Source: an uncultured Thermodesulfovibrio sp.
GTDB taxonomy: Bacteria > Nitrospirota > Thermodesulfovibrionia > Thermodesulfovibrionales > JdFR-85
Assembly: GCA_964542175.1 (NCBI GenBank)
Contig: CAZITN010000001.1
Location: 8,891 to 72,890 of the forward strand
Length of the DNA stretch: 64,000 nt
Direction: 5' to 3'
The notes under the pieces are model-generated. The model had not been told where the DNA came from. It made no database searches and saw only the letters and a list, made by a program, of their open reading frames with translations. Shown one piece after another: positions 1 to 8,417 of the stretch (the first letter of the stretch is position 1; every line of letters begins with the position of its first letter). Both the position numbers and the translations under genes were made by a program.

Positions 1-1
1 T

Positions 2-691
2 GGTACACTTGTGGCGGGCATTGCCCACGAGATCAACAACCCACTGGGGATTATAGCCGGTTATTCAGAGGCCCTCCTTGAGAGGGCGGGGGCACCTGAA
101 CTCTGTACAAACCCGGATTTTGAGGACTTTCCCGAATATCTTGAAACGATTAACAGGGAGATCTTCCGCTGCAAGGACATCCTTAAGAGCCTGCTCGAGT
201 TCGCAAGGCCATCGAGTTCCACGATGAGGGTTATTGACATCAATGAACTTATCAAAGAGGTTGTGCTACTTGTGAACTACAGGGCCAAGCGATCGAACCA
301 CCAGCTTATCCTTGAACTGGGTGATGACCTCCCTGATGTCTATGCAGACCCAGGTGCAATGCGGCAGGTATTCATGAATATCATAATGAACTCCTTTTAT
401 TTCATGGACAGAAACGGCAGAATAGCAATAAGAACAGAAGCGCTTGAAGGAGATGCAGACAATCCGATGATCGAGGTAAGCATCGCTGACAATGGGAAGG
501 GTATCTCGAAGGATGTAATAGAAAGGATATTTGATCCCTTTTTTACAACCAAACCTGTTGGAGAAGGAACGGGCCTCGGGCTTGCAATCTGCCACAGGAT
601 AGTCACCGAACACAACGGATTTCTTGAGGTGGAGAGTGAGATCGGCAAGGGCACGACTTTCATAATCAGACTACCTGCACGGAGGAATTGA
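2..691 (+). CDS. sensor histidine kinase, C-terminal part (5' end lies outside window)
   Basis: The frame is open to the window edge. H-box HEINNPLG, N-box NIIMNS, G1 DNGKGI and G2 GTGLGLAI are present. Confidence 0.9.
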   Translation, partial: GTLVAGIAHEINNPLGIIAGYSEALLERAGAPELCTNPDFEDFPEYLETINREIFRCKDILKSLLEFARPSSSTMRVIDINELIKEVVLLVNYRAKRSNHQLILELGDDLPDVYADPGAMRQVFMNIIMNSFYFMDRNGRIAIRTEALEGDADNPMIEVSIADNGKGISKDVIERIFDPFFTTKPVGEGTGLGLAICHRIVTEHNGFLEVESEIGKGTTFIIRLPARRN

Positions 692-2040
692 TGCCAGTAA
701 GAATTCTTGTAGTTGATGACGAAGAGCCGGTCAGGCGGCTTCTGAAGAAGGAACTGACCAGAAAGGGTTTTGAGACAGAGACCTCAGATTCAGGCGAGGA
801 CGCACTGAACAAGCTGAAGAAGCAGAACTACGACGTGATACTCCTTGATATAGTAATGCCAGGGATGGATGGTCTTGATCTCTTGAAGAAACTCAAGGGA
901 GACCCTGCATCACCCAAGATAATTGTGCTTACTGGAAGGGCGACCGTTGATACTGCTGTTGAGGCGATGAAGAACGGCGCCTACGACTATCTCACCAAGC
1001 CTTACAAACTGGAAGAGTTGAAGATAATAATCGACAGGGCCTGTGAACAGCGTCGTATCGAGATAGAACACCAGGTGTTGATGCAGGAACTTGAACGAAA
1101 GGAGCAGCCAGACACCCTTATTGGAAGCGGATCTCATCACAGTCAGTTGATGGCACTTATAGATAAGATCGCTCCCACTGATTCCACGGTCCTGATCCAG
1201 GGCGAAAGTGGAACCGGAAAGGAACTGGTGGCAAACTTTATCTGGAAGAGGAGCAGGAGGACCGACAGGCCGCTCATCGCCCTAAACTGCTCCACCCTTT
1301 CGGAAAACCTGATGGAGAGTGAGCTCTTCGGGCATGAGAAGGGAGCATTCACAAACGCCTACAAGGTGAAGAGGGGTCTTGTTGAAGCAGCCGACAGGGG
1401 TACGCTCTTCCTTGATGAGATAGGTGAGATCCCGATAGGACTCCAGGCAAAGCTGCTGAGATTCCTTGATTCCGGAGAATTCAGGAGGGTGGGTGGGAAC
1501 AAGAACCTCAATGCCGATGTGAGGGTGATTGCGGCCACGAACAGAAACCTGAAGGATGCAATCAAGGAGAGGCAGTTCCGTGAGGACCTTTTCTACAGGC
1601 TGAATGTCATAAACATCGTCCTTGCCCCTCTCAGGGAGAGAAGGGAGGACATCCTTCCCCTGGCGGAATACTTCCTCCAGAAGTTCAGTAGCAAGTTCAG
1701 TAAAAATGTTAAGGGGTTCAGTGAGGCTGTCCTCTCAATGCTCAGAGCATACGACTGGCCGGGAAATGTGAGAGAACTTGAAAATGTAGTGGAGAGGGCT
1801 GTAATACTCTCTGATGATGCGTTGATCGAGACTGACGATATAGCCATACCTGGATCAGAAAGGCATGAGACTGAAGGGAAGCTCACGGGTCTCTCTCTGG
1901 AAGATATGGAGAAGGAGCACATCCGGAAGGTCCTTGAGGAAACAGGAGGGAACCAGACAAAGGCAAGCAAGATCCTCGGGATAGACAGAAAGACACTCTA
2001 CCTGAAAATCAGGAAATACGGTCTTCAAGGCCCTTTCTGA
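688..2040 (+). CDS. sigma-54-dependent response regulator (NtrC family)
   Basis: It has an N-terminal receiver domain, AAA+ activator motifs GESGTGKE, GAFTNA and RVIAATN, and a C-terminal Fis-type HTH (QTKASKILGIDRKTLYLKIRKYG). An ATGA overlap couples it to the kinase gene. Confidence 0.92.
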   Translation: MMPVRILVVDDEEPVRRLLKKELTRKGFETETSDSGEDALNKLKKQNYDVILLDIVMPGMDGLDLLKKLKGDPASPKIIVLTGRATVDTAVEAMKNGAYDYLTKPYKLEELKIIIDRACEQRRIEIEHQVLMQELERKEQPDTLIGSGSHHSQLMALIDKIAPTDSTVLIQGESGTGKELVANFIWKRSRRTDRPLIALNCSTLSENLMESELFGHEKGAFTNAYKVKRGLVEAADRGTLFLDEIGEIPIGLQAKLLRFLDSGEFRRVGGNKNLNADVRVIAATNRNLKDAIKERQFREDLFYRLNVINIVLAPLRERREDILPLAEYFLQKFSSKFSKNVKGFSEAVLSMLRAYDWPGNVRELENVVERAVILSDDALIETDDIAIPGSERHETEGKLTGLSLEDMEKEHIRKVLEETGGNQTKASKILGIDRKTLYLKIRKYGLQGPF

Positions 2041-2704
2041 GAAGGGTTATCCACTCATCCATTCCATCGCCGCTCTTTGCAGAGAGCTTAATGACCTGAA
2101 GCCGGGGGTTTATAGTCAGTGCATCACTGACCGCTTTTTCCATGTCAAACTCGAGTACTCCTGCAAGGTCGGTTTTGGTTATCAGCAGAAGATCGGACTT
2201 GAGAAAGACGAGGGGGTACTTTGCGGGTTTGTCGTCACCTTCGGTAACCGAGAGGAGCACCACATTCATGTGAGTCCCTATATCATAGGCAGCCGGACAG
2301 ACGAGATTGCCCACATTCTCGACAAAGAGCAGATCAATTTCCTCAAGGGGCATCCTGTGCATTGCAGAATGTACCATTACCGCATCGAGGTGACAGGTCT
2401 GGCCGGTGGTGATCTGCTGGACAGCCACGCCCTTCTGCCTGATGCGTTCAGCATCCCTGTCGGTCTCCAGGTCTCCCTCGATCACACCGATTGTGCAAAT
2501 CCCGTCGAGCAACTCTATGGTCTTTTCAAGAAGGGTTGTCTTTCCTGCACCGGGGGAACTCATCAGATTTATGCCCAAGATACCGTGGTTTTCCAGGTTT
2601 GCCCTGTTGTGGGCAGCCTCTGCATCATTCTTCTCAAGAATCCTTTTCTGAACCTCCAGAACCTTTGTGTTCGTGGTAAGTGAACATCCACAATCCTGAC
2701 ACAT
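2009..2704 (-). CDS. hypB: hydrogenase nickel incorporation GTPase HypB
   Basis: N-terminal CxxCGC metal motif (MCQDCGCS) and P-loop GSPGAGKTTLL. SD GGAGG lies upstream of the ATG. The 3' end overlaps the convergent regulator gene by 32 nt. Confidence 0.93.
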   Translation of the reverse strand: MCQDCGCSLTTNTKVLEVQKRILEKNDAEAAHNRANLENHGILGINLMSSPGAGKTTLLEKTIELLDGICTIGVIEGDLETDRDAERIRQKGVAVQQITTGQTCHLDAVMVHSAMHRMPLEEIDLLFVENVGNLVCPAAYDIGTHMNVVLLSVTEGDDKPAKYPLVFLKSDLLLITKTDLAGVLEFDMEKAVSDALTINPRLQVIKLSAKSGDGMDEWITLLRKGLEDRIS

Positions 2705-2715
2705 GGAAAACCTCC

Positions 2716-2800
2716 GTATATTGGTAATTGTTAAGCCTAGACCTCAGCCTATTGTCTTTTTCTCTTATCCGCTACCTGCTACACGCTGTATCCTTAACCT
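2716..2800 (+). repeat. family-1 modular intergenic repeat, copy A (short, module order W1-W3-W5-W4)
   Basis: Words gtatattggtaattg, cctcagcctattg, cttatccgctacctgctacacgctg and tccttaacc align by eye to the copies at 11.2, 18.0, 28.9 and 45.9 kb. Confidence 0.7.
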
Positions 2801-5047
2801 CTAAGGCTTTCCATCCAGACTGTCTATCATGCCGCCATAGACCGCCTGGCCTATGGATATGCCTCCGTCATTCGATGGGATATTCCGGTGAGTGAATACC
2901 CTGAATCCCTTCTTGCCGAGTTCCGCTACAGTCCTTTCTGTGAGGGGATCATTCTGAAAGACCCCTCCGGAAAGACATACCAAATCATTACCACATCGCC
3001 CGGCAATATCTGCAGCGATGACGGCAAGGGTGTTAATGAACCGGGAAGGTATCCTCTTCCTGTCAACCTCATCTATGATACCATGAAAGAGAGGCCTCCA
3101 GTCGATAATCCTTCCTGTCACTGAATAGTCATAGTAGTCTCTGACTGAAGGGTCGTACCTGTCTTCAAGCATCATGGCTGCCTGGGCTTCATAATCGCAG
3201 ACCTGGAGGAGACCGATGATTGAGGATACTGCATCAAAGAGCCTTCCTGCTGAAGAACTGGGTGGCGAGTTGATCCTGTCCCTGTATGCCCGGTACAGTA
3301 TTGCAAGCTCCGTATCATTGAACTCAGAAGTGATGTGATTCATCGACTCCGGTATGTTTTCTCCGAAGAGGTCGAATAATATGGAGAGGGCCACCCTCCT
3401 TGGTTCCCTGACCGCCCTTTCTCCACCAATCAAAATGAGATGTCTGAAATGAAAAATCCTCTCAAAGCCGTCCAGCCGTGAGTTCAGAAATTCACCTCCC
3501 CAGAGTGTTCCGTCCTCTCCGTAGCCCGTTCCATCCCAGGCGATGCCTGTGACACTCTCGCTCAGACCATGTTCAGCCATGCAGGAGAGGATATGGGCGT
3601 GGTGATGCTGTAGCCCAATGGTTTTATGAGGGAAGTTCTTCAAAGCCCATTTTCTTGTAGAGTATCCTGGATGGAGGTCGTAAACCACTACATCCGGCTC
3701 AAAGGAGTAGAGACTGCAGAGGTCATTCACGATCGCCTCGAGGTTTTCCATGCTTTCAGGAGTATCCATGTCACCGATATGCTGACTGGGTATAATCCTG
3801 TCATCCATTCCGATAGACACGGTGTTCTTCTCATGGGCACCCAGGGCGAGGACCTTCCTTTTAAGCCTGAAGGGAAGCCTGACAGGCAGTGGGACATATC
3901 CCCTCGATCGCCTGATTATCTGTGGCAGAGCGGCCACAACCTTTACAACAGAATCGTCGCATCTCCTCCTGATAGGTCTGTCGTGCATTATGAAGGCATC
4001 GGCGAGACCTCCCAGCCTTTCAAGGGCTTCGTCATTGTCCTTGACAATTGGTTCGTCCGAGAGGTTTCCGCTTGTAGCAACGAGAGGGAAGGATGTTTCA
4101 GAGAGCAGGAGCAGATGAAGGGGAGAGTAGGGAAGGAAAGCTCCTACTCTTTCAAGCCCAGGAGCCGAAGACTCCAGGAGAGGCCCCTTCCTTTTAACCA
4201 GTACTATGGGACGGGCAGGGGAGAGGAGTATGGACTCCTCAAGCACGGTCGGGAGTGTATATTCTGCAAGTTCGGAAATACCCCTGAACATCACTGCAAA
4301 GGGCTTCAGGGACCGCCGCTTTCTTCTTCTGAGGGTGTTGACTGCTCCGTCATCAAGGGCGTTACATATCAGATGAAACCCTCCTATCCCCTTCAGAGCG
4401 ATTATCCCGCCTCTTGAAAGAAGCGATACTGCCTCCTTTATGGCATGCTTGCCTCTGCCGAGGATCTCCCCGTCACTATCAGTCAGGAATGCCTCAGGAC
4501 CGCAGAGGGGACAGGCATTGGGCTGGGCATGAAACCTCCGGTCGTCAGGGTTGGTGTACTCCCTTTTGCATTCAGGACACATAATAAAGTCTTTCATGGT
4601 TGTATTGGGACGGTCATAGGGTAACCGCTCAATTATCGTGAACCGGGGACCGCAGTTAGTACAGTTTATGAAAGGATAGCGATGGCGCCTGTCCGAGTGA
4701 TCAAGAAGTTCCCTCTCGCAATCAGCGCATGTAGAGATATCCGGAAGTATCAGGACCTCCGGAGTGCCGGACCTGTCGCTTTCCCTGATGCTGAACTTAT
4801 CATAGCCTGCCGGCACGAGAAACTCCGTTTCTTCATAGAAAATATGGGCAAGGGGAGGCTTTTCAGTGTGGAGCCTTTTCAGGAAGAGATCTATCTTTCC
4901 CCTGACTCCCTCAACCTCGATAGTGACCCCTGAGGTGTCATTCAGGACAAAGCCGGAAAGACCGAGGTCTTTTGCAGTTCTGTAGACAAAGGGCCTGAAT
5001 CCGACGCCCTGAACGGTTCCGTTAAGGACTATCCTGAGTCTCTGCAT
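2801..5047 (-). CDS. hypF: [NiFe]-hydrogenase maturation carbamoyltransferase HypF
   Basis: 748 aa. Acylphosphatase N-terminus (VQGVGFRPFVYR), two CxxC zinc-finger pairs, and YrdC-like and Kae1-like domains. Confidence 0.95.
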   Translation of the reverse strand: MQRLRIVLNGTVQGVGFRPFVYRTAKDLGLSGFVLNDTSGVTIEVEGVRGKIDLFLKRLHTEKPPLAHIFYEETEFLVPAGYDKFSIRESDRSGTPEVLILPDISTCADCERELLDHSDRRHRYPFINCTNCGPRFTIIERLPYDRPNTTMKDFIMCPECKREYTNPDDRRFHAQPNACPLCGPEAFLTDSDGEILGRGKHAIKEAVSLLSRGGIIALKGIGGFHLICNALDDGAVNTLRRRKRRSLKPFAVMFRGISELAEYTLPTVLEESILLSPARPIVLVKRKGPLLESSAPGLERVGAFLPYSPLHLLLLSETSFPLVATSGNLSDEPIVKDNDEALERLGGLADAFIMHDRPIRRRCDDSVVKVVAALPQIIRRSRGYVPLPVRLPFRLKRKVLALGAHEKNTVSIGMDDRIIPSQHIGDMDTPESMENLEAIVNDLCSLYSFEPDVVVYDLHPGYSTRKWALKNFPHKTIGLQHHHAHILSCMAEHGLSESVTGIAWDGTGYGEDGTLWGGEFLNSRLDGFERIFHFRHLILIGGERAVREPRRVALSILFDLFGENIPESMNHITSEFNDTELAILYRAYRDRINSPPSSSAGRLFDAVSSIIGLLQVCDYEAQAAMMLEDRYDPSVRDYYDYSVTGRIIDWRPLFHGIIDEVDRKRIPSRFINTLAVIAADIAGRCGNDLVCLSGGVFQNDPLTERTVAELGKKGFRVFTHRNIPSNDGGISIGQAVYGGMIDSLDGKP

Positions 5048-5393
5048 CGGAAGATTCCATCTCTATACGTTCGAGTATAAGATCCTTACCATTCAATAAC
5101 CTGACATCGGTGGAGCCACAGGATGGACATCTGAAGAGGGGGTTGGCATTTTCTGAGATTTCTGAGCAGGAGTTACACTTCACTTCAAGGGGTTCCATTA
5201 TTATCTCAAGGGTCGCCCGTGAGCAGACAGTATGTTCCCTGAAGGTCTCAAAGGCGGTCTGTAGAAGGTGGGGCACGATTCCGGATATTGCACCGGCCCT
5301 GATTACCACCCTTGTTACCGAAGATGCACCACTCTGCCGGACGTAGTCCTCGACTGTATCAAGTATGCTCTGGACTATGGAAAACTCATGCAT
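5022..5393 (-). CDS. hypA: hydrogenase nickel insertion protein HypA
   Basis: MHEFSIVQSIL N-terminus and CxxC...CxxC zinc site. Start moved to the internal ATG at 5393, which has GAGGT 8 nt upstream. Confidence 0.9.
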   Translation of the reverse strand: MHEFSIVQSILDTVEDYVRQSGASSVTRVVIRAGAISGIVPHLLQTAFETFREHTVCSRATLEIIMEPLEVKCNSCSEISENANPLFRCPSCGSTDVRLLNGKDLILERIEMESSDAETQDSP

Positions 5394-5459
5394 TGTTTTT
5401 GACCTCAACATTGCATGAACACAAGGTTCGGCAGGGGATCAATATATACAACAGGAAGA

Positions 5460-6464
5460 TCAACATATCCTCGGAAGAAGTTCCCCTGAAGGGGGTTCCA
5501 GTATCCTCCTGGTCCCGTAGGAACTCCTGAGCAGGACCCTTGCCCTCTCACCGGAGATTACCCTTCCTGCAACCCTGGCGTCCTTTCCGAGAGCGTCACT
5601 CTGCAGGATTTCAATAAATGCATCCGCGTCATCTTCAGGAAGGGCTGCAATGAACCTTCCCTCTGAGGCAAGCTGTAATGGGTCCATGCCGAGGAGTTCA
5701 CAGATGCCCTTCACTGCATTCTTGAGAGGGATGAACTCCTCATCCATCTCTATCTCAACACCAGAGGCCGCGGCCCACTCATTCAGGACTGCTGCCAGCC
5801 CCCCCCTTGTGGGGTCTCGCATGGCGTGAATGTCAGGACTGATTTCAATTACCTTCTGAATCACCGGCCAGAGGGACGCACAGTCGCTCTCAAGATCGAG
5901 ATCAAACCCCAGTCCTTCCCTTTCAGCAAGAATGCAGGCACCGTGATCTCCCATGGTCCCTGACACGATGATGACATCACCCGGTGAGACTCTGGAGGAG
6001 GAGAGGCCTTCCCTCTCAATCCTGCCGATACCGGCCGTGTTTATGACAATGCCGTTCATGCTGCCCCTCGGCATGATCTTTGTGTCACCAGTCACCACGG
6101 CAACACCTGTCTTGGCCGCCTCCTCACTCATGCTCTGGACGATGATACTGAGGTCTTTAAGGGAGAACCCCTCCTCTATGACAAATCCTGCCGAGAGATA
6201 GAGGGGCCTTGCCCCTGTAACGGAGAGGTCGTTTACAGTCCCGGCAACAGAGAGTTTTCCGATGTTTCCACCCCTGAAGAAGGAGGGGGATACAGTAAAG
6301 GAATCGGTGGTGAAGGCGACTTTGCCATCAATGCGGGGGAGGACAGCCGAGTCTTCCAGGGAGTCAAGGACAGGGTTTGAAAGATATCGCCTGAAGATGC
6401 CCTCTATCAGCTCCCTGCTCTCTTCGCCGCCTCCGCCATGGGCAAGAAGGATGGTTCCCTTCAT
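5460..6464 (-). CDS. hypE: hydrogenase expression/formation protein HypE
   Basis: PurM-like fold and N-terminus LAHGGGG. The canonical C-terminal PRIC motif is present. Confidence 0.95.
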   Translation of the reverse strand: MKGTILLAHGGGGEESRELIEGIFRRYLSNPVLDSLEDSAVLPRIDGKVAFTTDSFTVSPSFFRGGNIGKLSVAGTVNDLSVTGARPLYLSAGFVIEEGFSLKDLSIIVQSMSEEAAKTGVAVVTGDTKIMPRGSMNGIVINTAGIGRIEREGLSSSRVSPGDVIIVSGTMGDHGACILAEREGLGFDLDLESDCASLWPVIQKVIEISPDIHAMRDPTRGGLAAVLNEWAAASGVEIEMDEEFIPLKNAVKGICELLGMDPLQLASEGRFIAALPEDDADAFIEILQSDALGKDARVAGRVISGERARVLLRSSYGTRRILEPPSGELLPRIC

Positions 6465-7045
6465 TCTTCTCCGTTTCCTATCCTTTTCAGGAGCCAGGCC
6501 ATGTTCCTGCCAAGGTTTACCATTGTCTGCATCCCCTCTGAATCGTTTGCAACCTCACCAGGTTGCCTGCCTATACCAAGGTTCCAGTAACTTGAGCCCG
6601 GGACGATCATCTGGCCGATCAGAAAGAAGCAGTTCATTGAATTGAATACATGAACCGATCCGGCCCTCCGGACGGCCACCACTCCGGCACCCACCTTCCT
6701 CCTGAACATGTCACTGTTGGCACGGGCTACCATTCCGGCCCTCTCGATCAAAGCCTTCATGTTTGCAGTGAGGTCGGCGAAATAGGTGGGAGAGCCAAGG
6801 AGGATACCATGAGCTTCAAGCATCTTCTCAATAAAGGAGTTCATCTCGTCATTCTCCACAGCGCATCTCCTGTTCTTTCTTTCAAAACATTTGAAACAGG
6901 CAATACACCCGGCGAGGTTCTTGCCGGAGAGGCTTATTAGTTCCGTCTCTATCCCCTCCTTCCTGATCTCAGCAAGTACAGTTTCAAGAAGAATTTTTGT
7001 GTTTCCTTCCCTCCGGGCACTTCCGTTGAAGGCGACGACTTTCAT
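6461..7045 (-). CDS. iron-sulfur flavoprotein (Isf) / NADPH-dependent FMN reductase family
   Basis: MKVVAFNGSARREGNT flavodoxin-like N-terminus and a compact Cys cluster, CIACFKCFERKNRRC. Start set at ATG 7045 with GGGAGG upstream. It overlaps the hypE start. Confidence 0.8.
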   Translation of the reverse strand: MKVVAFNGSARREGNTKILLETVLAEIRKEGIETELISLSGKNLAGCIACFKCFERKNRRCAVENDEMNSFIEKMLEAHGILLGSPTYFADLTANMKALIERAGMVARANSDMFRRKVGAGVVAVRRAGSVHVFNSMNCFFLIGQMIVPGSSYWNLGIGRQPGEVANDSEGMQTMVNLGRNMAWLLKRIGNGEE

Positions 7046-7154
7046 TTGATCCTCCCTATGGGTTTGGTTCATGAGCTTTGAAATTTGAGCTATTTTAACA
7101 TATGGGATGAAAGGCTGTCCTGACTTATGATATAGTAATAATAAGGGCTTCACT

Positions 7155-7919
7155 ATGGAACAACTGAATCACATAGCCGGTGTTATTGCCCTCACAATGG
7201 GTGTGGCATGGGCAAGCGGAATAAACCTCTATGCTGCAATAGCTGTGCTCGGGATCCTCGGGTCCACCGGCAACATGACCCTCCCGCCTGACCTCCAGAT
7301 CCTTGCCAATCCCCTTATCATCGGTGCTGCAATAGTGATGTATGTGGTGGAATTCTTTGCTGACAAGGTGCCCGGGGTTGATACAGGCTGGGATACGCTC
7401 CATACCTTTATCCGGATACCTGCCGGTGCCCTTCTTGCTGCAGGAGCGGTTGGAGAGGTAAACGCTGCTGTCGGTCTTGCTGCGGCCATACTCGGCGGGA
7501 GTGTGGCCGCCGGAACCCATGCGGCAAAGGCCGGTACACGGATGCTCATAAATACCTCTCCTGAACCGGTCACAAACTGGATTGCCTCTGTTGCAGAGGA
7601 TATAGCAGTGATAGGTGGTGTCTGGACAGCCGTCAAGCATCCCTGGATTTTCATTCTTTTCTTTATATTATTCTTATTGCTGATGATCTGGTTGATGCCG
7701 AAGATCTGGAAGGGGATAAAGCTCATCTTTCGGAAGATAGGGAGCCTTGTGGGTTTTCATAGGGAGGAGGAAGAGGTCACTGAAGCCCAGGCCGGCATTG
7801 GAGAGGGGGAGGGTGATTTACAGAAGAGGCTGAGTGCGCTGAAGAAGATGTATGACGAAAGGCTGATCAGTGAGGAAGAATATGAAACAAAGAGAAAGGA
7901 ACTGCTTGGCCTGCTTTAA
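7155..7919 (+). CDS. membrane protein, DUF4126-like N-terminal domain with C-terminal SHOCT-like motif
   Basis: Multiple glycine-rich TM helices (GINLYAAIAVLGILG). The C-terminal KKMYDERLISEEEYETKRKELLGLL resembles a SHOCT short oligomerisation motif. Confidence 0.65.
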   Translation: MEQLNHIAGVIALTMGVAWASGINLYAAIAVLGILGSTGNMTLPPDLQILANPLIIGAAIVMYVVEFFADKVPGVDTGWDTLHTFIRIPAGALLAAGAVGEVNAAVGLAAAILGGSVAAGTHAAKAGTRMLINTSPEPVTNWIASVAEDIAVIGGVWTAVKHPWIFILFFILFLLLMIWLMPKIWKGIKLIFRKIGSLVGFHREEEEVTEAQAGIGEGEGDLQKRLSALKKMYDERLISEEEYETKRKELLGLL

Positions 7920-7946
7920 CCTTAACGTTGCAAAAACCTGAGGTTT

Positions 7947-8127
7947 GGCAGGGGGCATACCCTCACGGATCTTCCAACGCAAGAGGATTTATCAATATTT
8001 CCGCTTGTTTCTGTGAGACATTGACGAGCAGTTCACTCAAAGAGGGATTCAGGAAAGGATGACTCAGAGGCAGTGGAAGGCGCGGTACTGTCTTGCCGGA
8101 AGGCTCCGTGAGTGCATGCCCCCTGCC
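7947..8127. repeat. 181-bp long imperfect palindrome (family-2, G-rich ends GGCAGGGGGCAT)
   Basis: ggcagggggcataccctcacgga (7947-7969) is an imperfect reverse complement of tccgtgagtgcatgccccctgcc (8105-8127). Further inner pairings are cttcc/ggaag and gcaaga/tcttgc, giving a rod-like fold. Confidence 0.6.
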
Positions 8128-8181
8128 TCCGGGATAAAATTTATGCAGTAAGGTTAACAAGACCTGAGAAGGAGGAATGCA

Positions 8182-8361
8182 ATGAAGATCGAGATGGAAG
8201 GAAGCCTTATCAGGATGATTCCTGAGAGCGATGCGGAGAAGGAGCAATTGAACCAGCTCTGGACGATTATCATCGACTGCGTGAACCAGAACAAGAAACT
8301 CGTCCCTGTGGGTGAGTACATTCCCGGGATGAAGGAGGTTGCCACCTTCAATATTGAGTAG
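8182..8361 (+). CDS. hypothetical small protein (59 aa), not in ORF track
   Basis: ATG is preceded by gagAAGGAGGaatgca. It translates to MKIEMEGSLIRMIPESDAEKEQLNQLWTIIIDCVNQNKKLVPVGEYIPGMKEVATFNIE. The opposite-strand track ORFs here lack an SD and look like shadows. Confidence 0.45.
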   Translation: MKIEMEGSLIRMIPESDAEKEQLNQLWTIIIDCVNQNKKLVPVGEYIPGMKEVATFNIE

Positions 8362-8417
8362 CGCAGGGATGCTTTCTGAAAAAACAGCCGAAATCAATGA
8401 TTGACAGTTTGAAGGGG

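Noticed and set aside
3626-4417. Long antisense ORFs inside well-supported genes. Examples: 266..613, 3626..4417, 7125..7640, 7229..7726, 8541..9080, 22145..22750, 29001..29645, 36810..37289, 39865..40236, 40789..41418, 43613..44239, 44801..45460, 46048..46467, 49679..50122, 54665..55120
   Set aside because: Each lies opposite a gene with strong family motifs. They lack SD sequences and have low-complexity or Arg/Ser/Pro-rich translations typical of antisense frames.
7941-7962. Sigma-54 promoter (TGGCA...) given the NtrC-type regulator in the window
   Set aside because: The GG-N10-GC spacing is not satisfied: tGGcagggggcatac lacks the TTGC element. No other convincing -24/-12 site was seen by eye.
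7947-8127. 6S RNA assignment for the 181-nt rod-like palindrome
   Set aside because: Only the size and rod shape fit. I could not define the central bubble or the conserved flanking G-C pairs. The shared end motif with other loci favours a repeat element.
7963-8397. 144-aa and 65-aa minus-strand ORFs in the 7.9-8.4 kb gap
   Set aside because: They have no SD and no motifs, and they span the palindromic element. The plus-strand 59-aa ORF with a consensus SD is the better, though still tentative, coding call.
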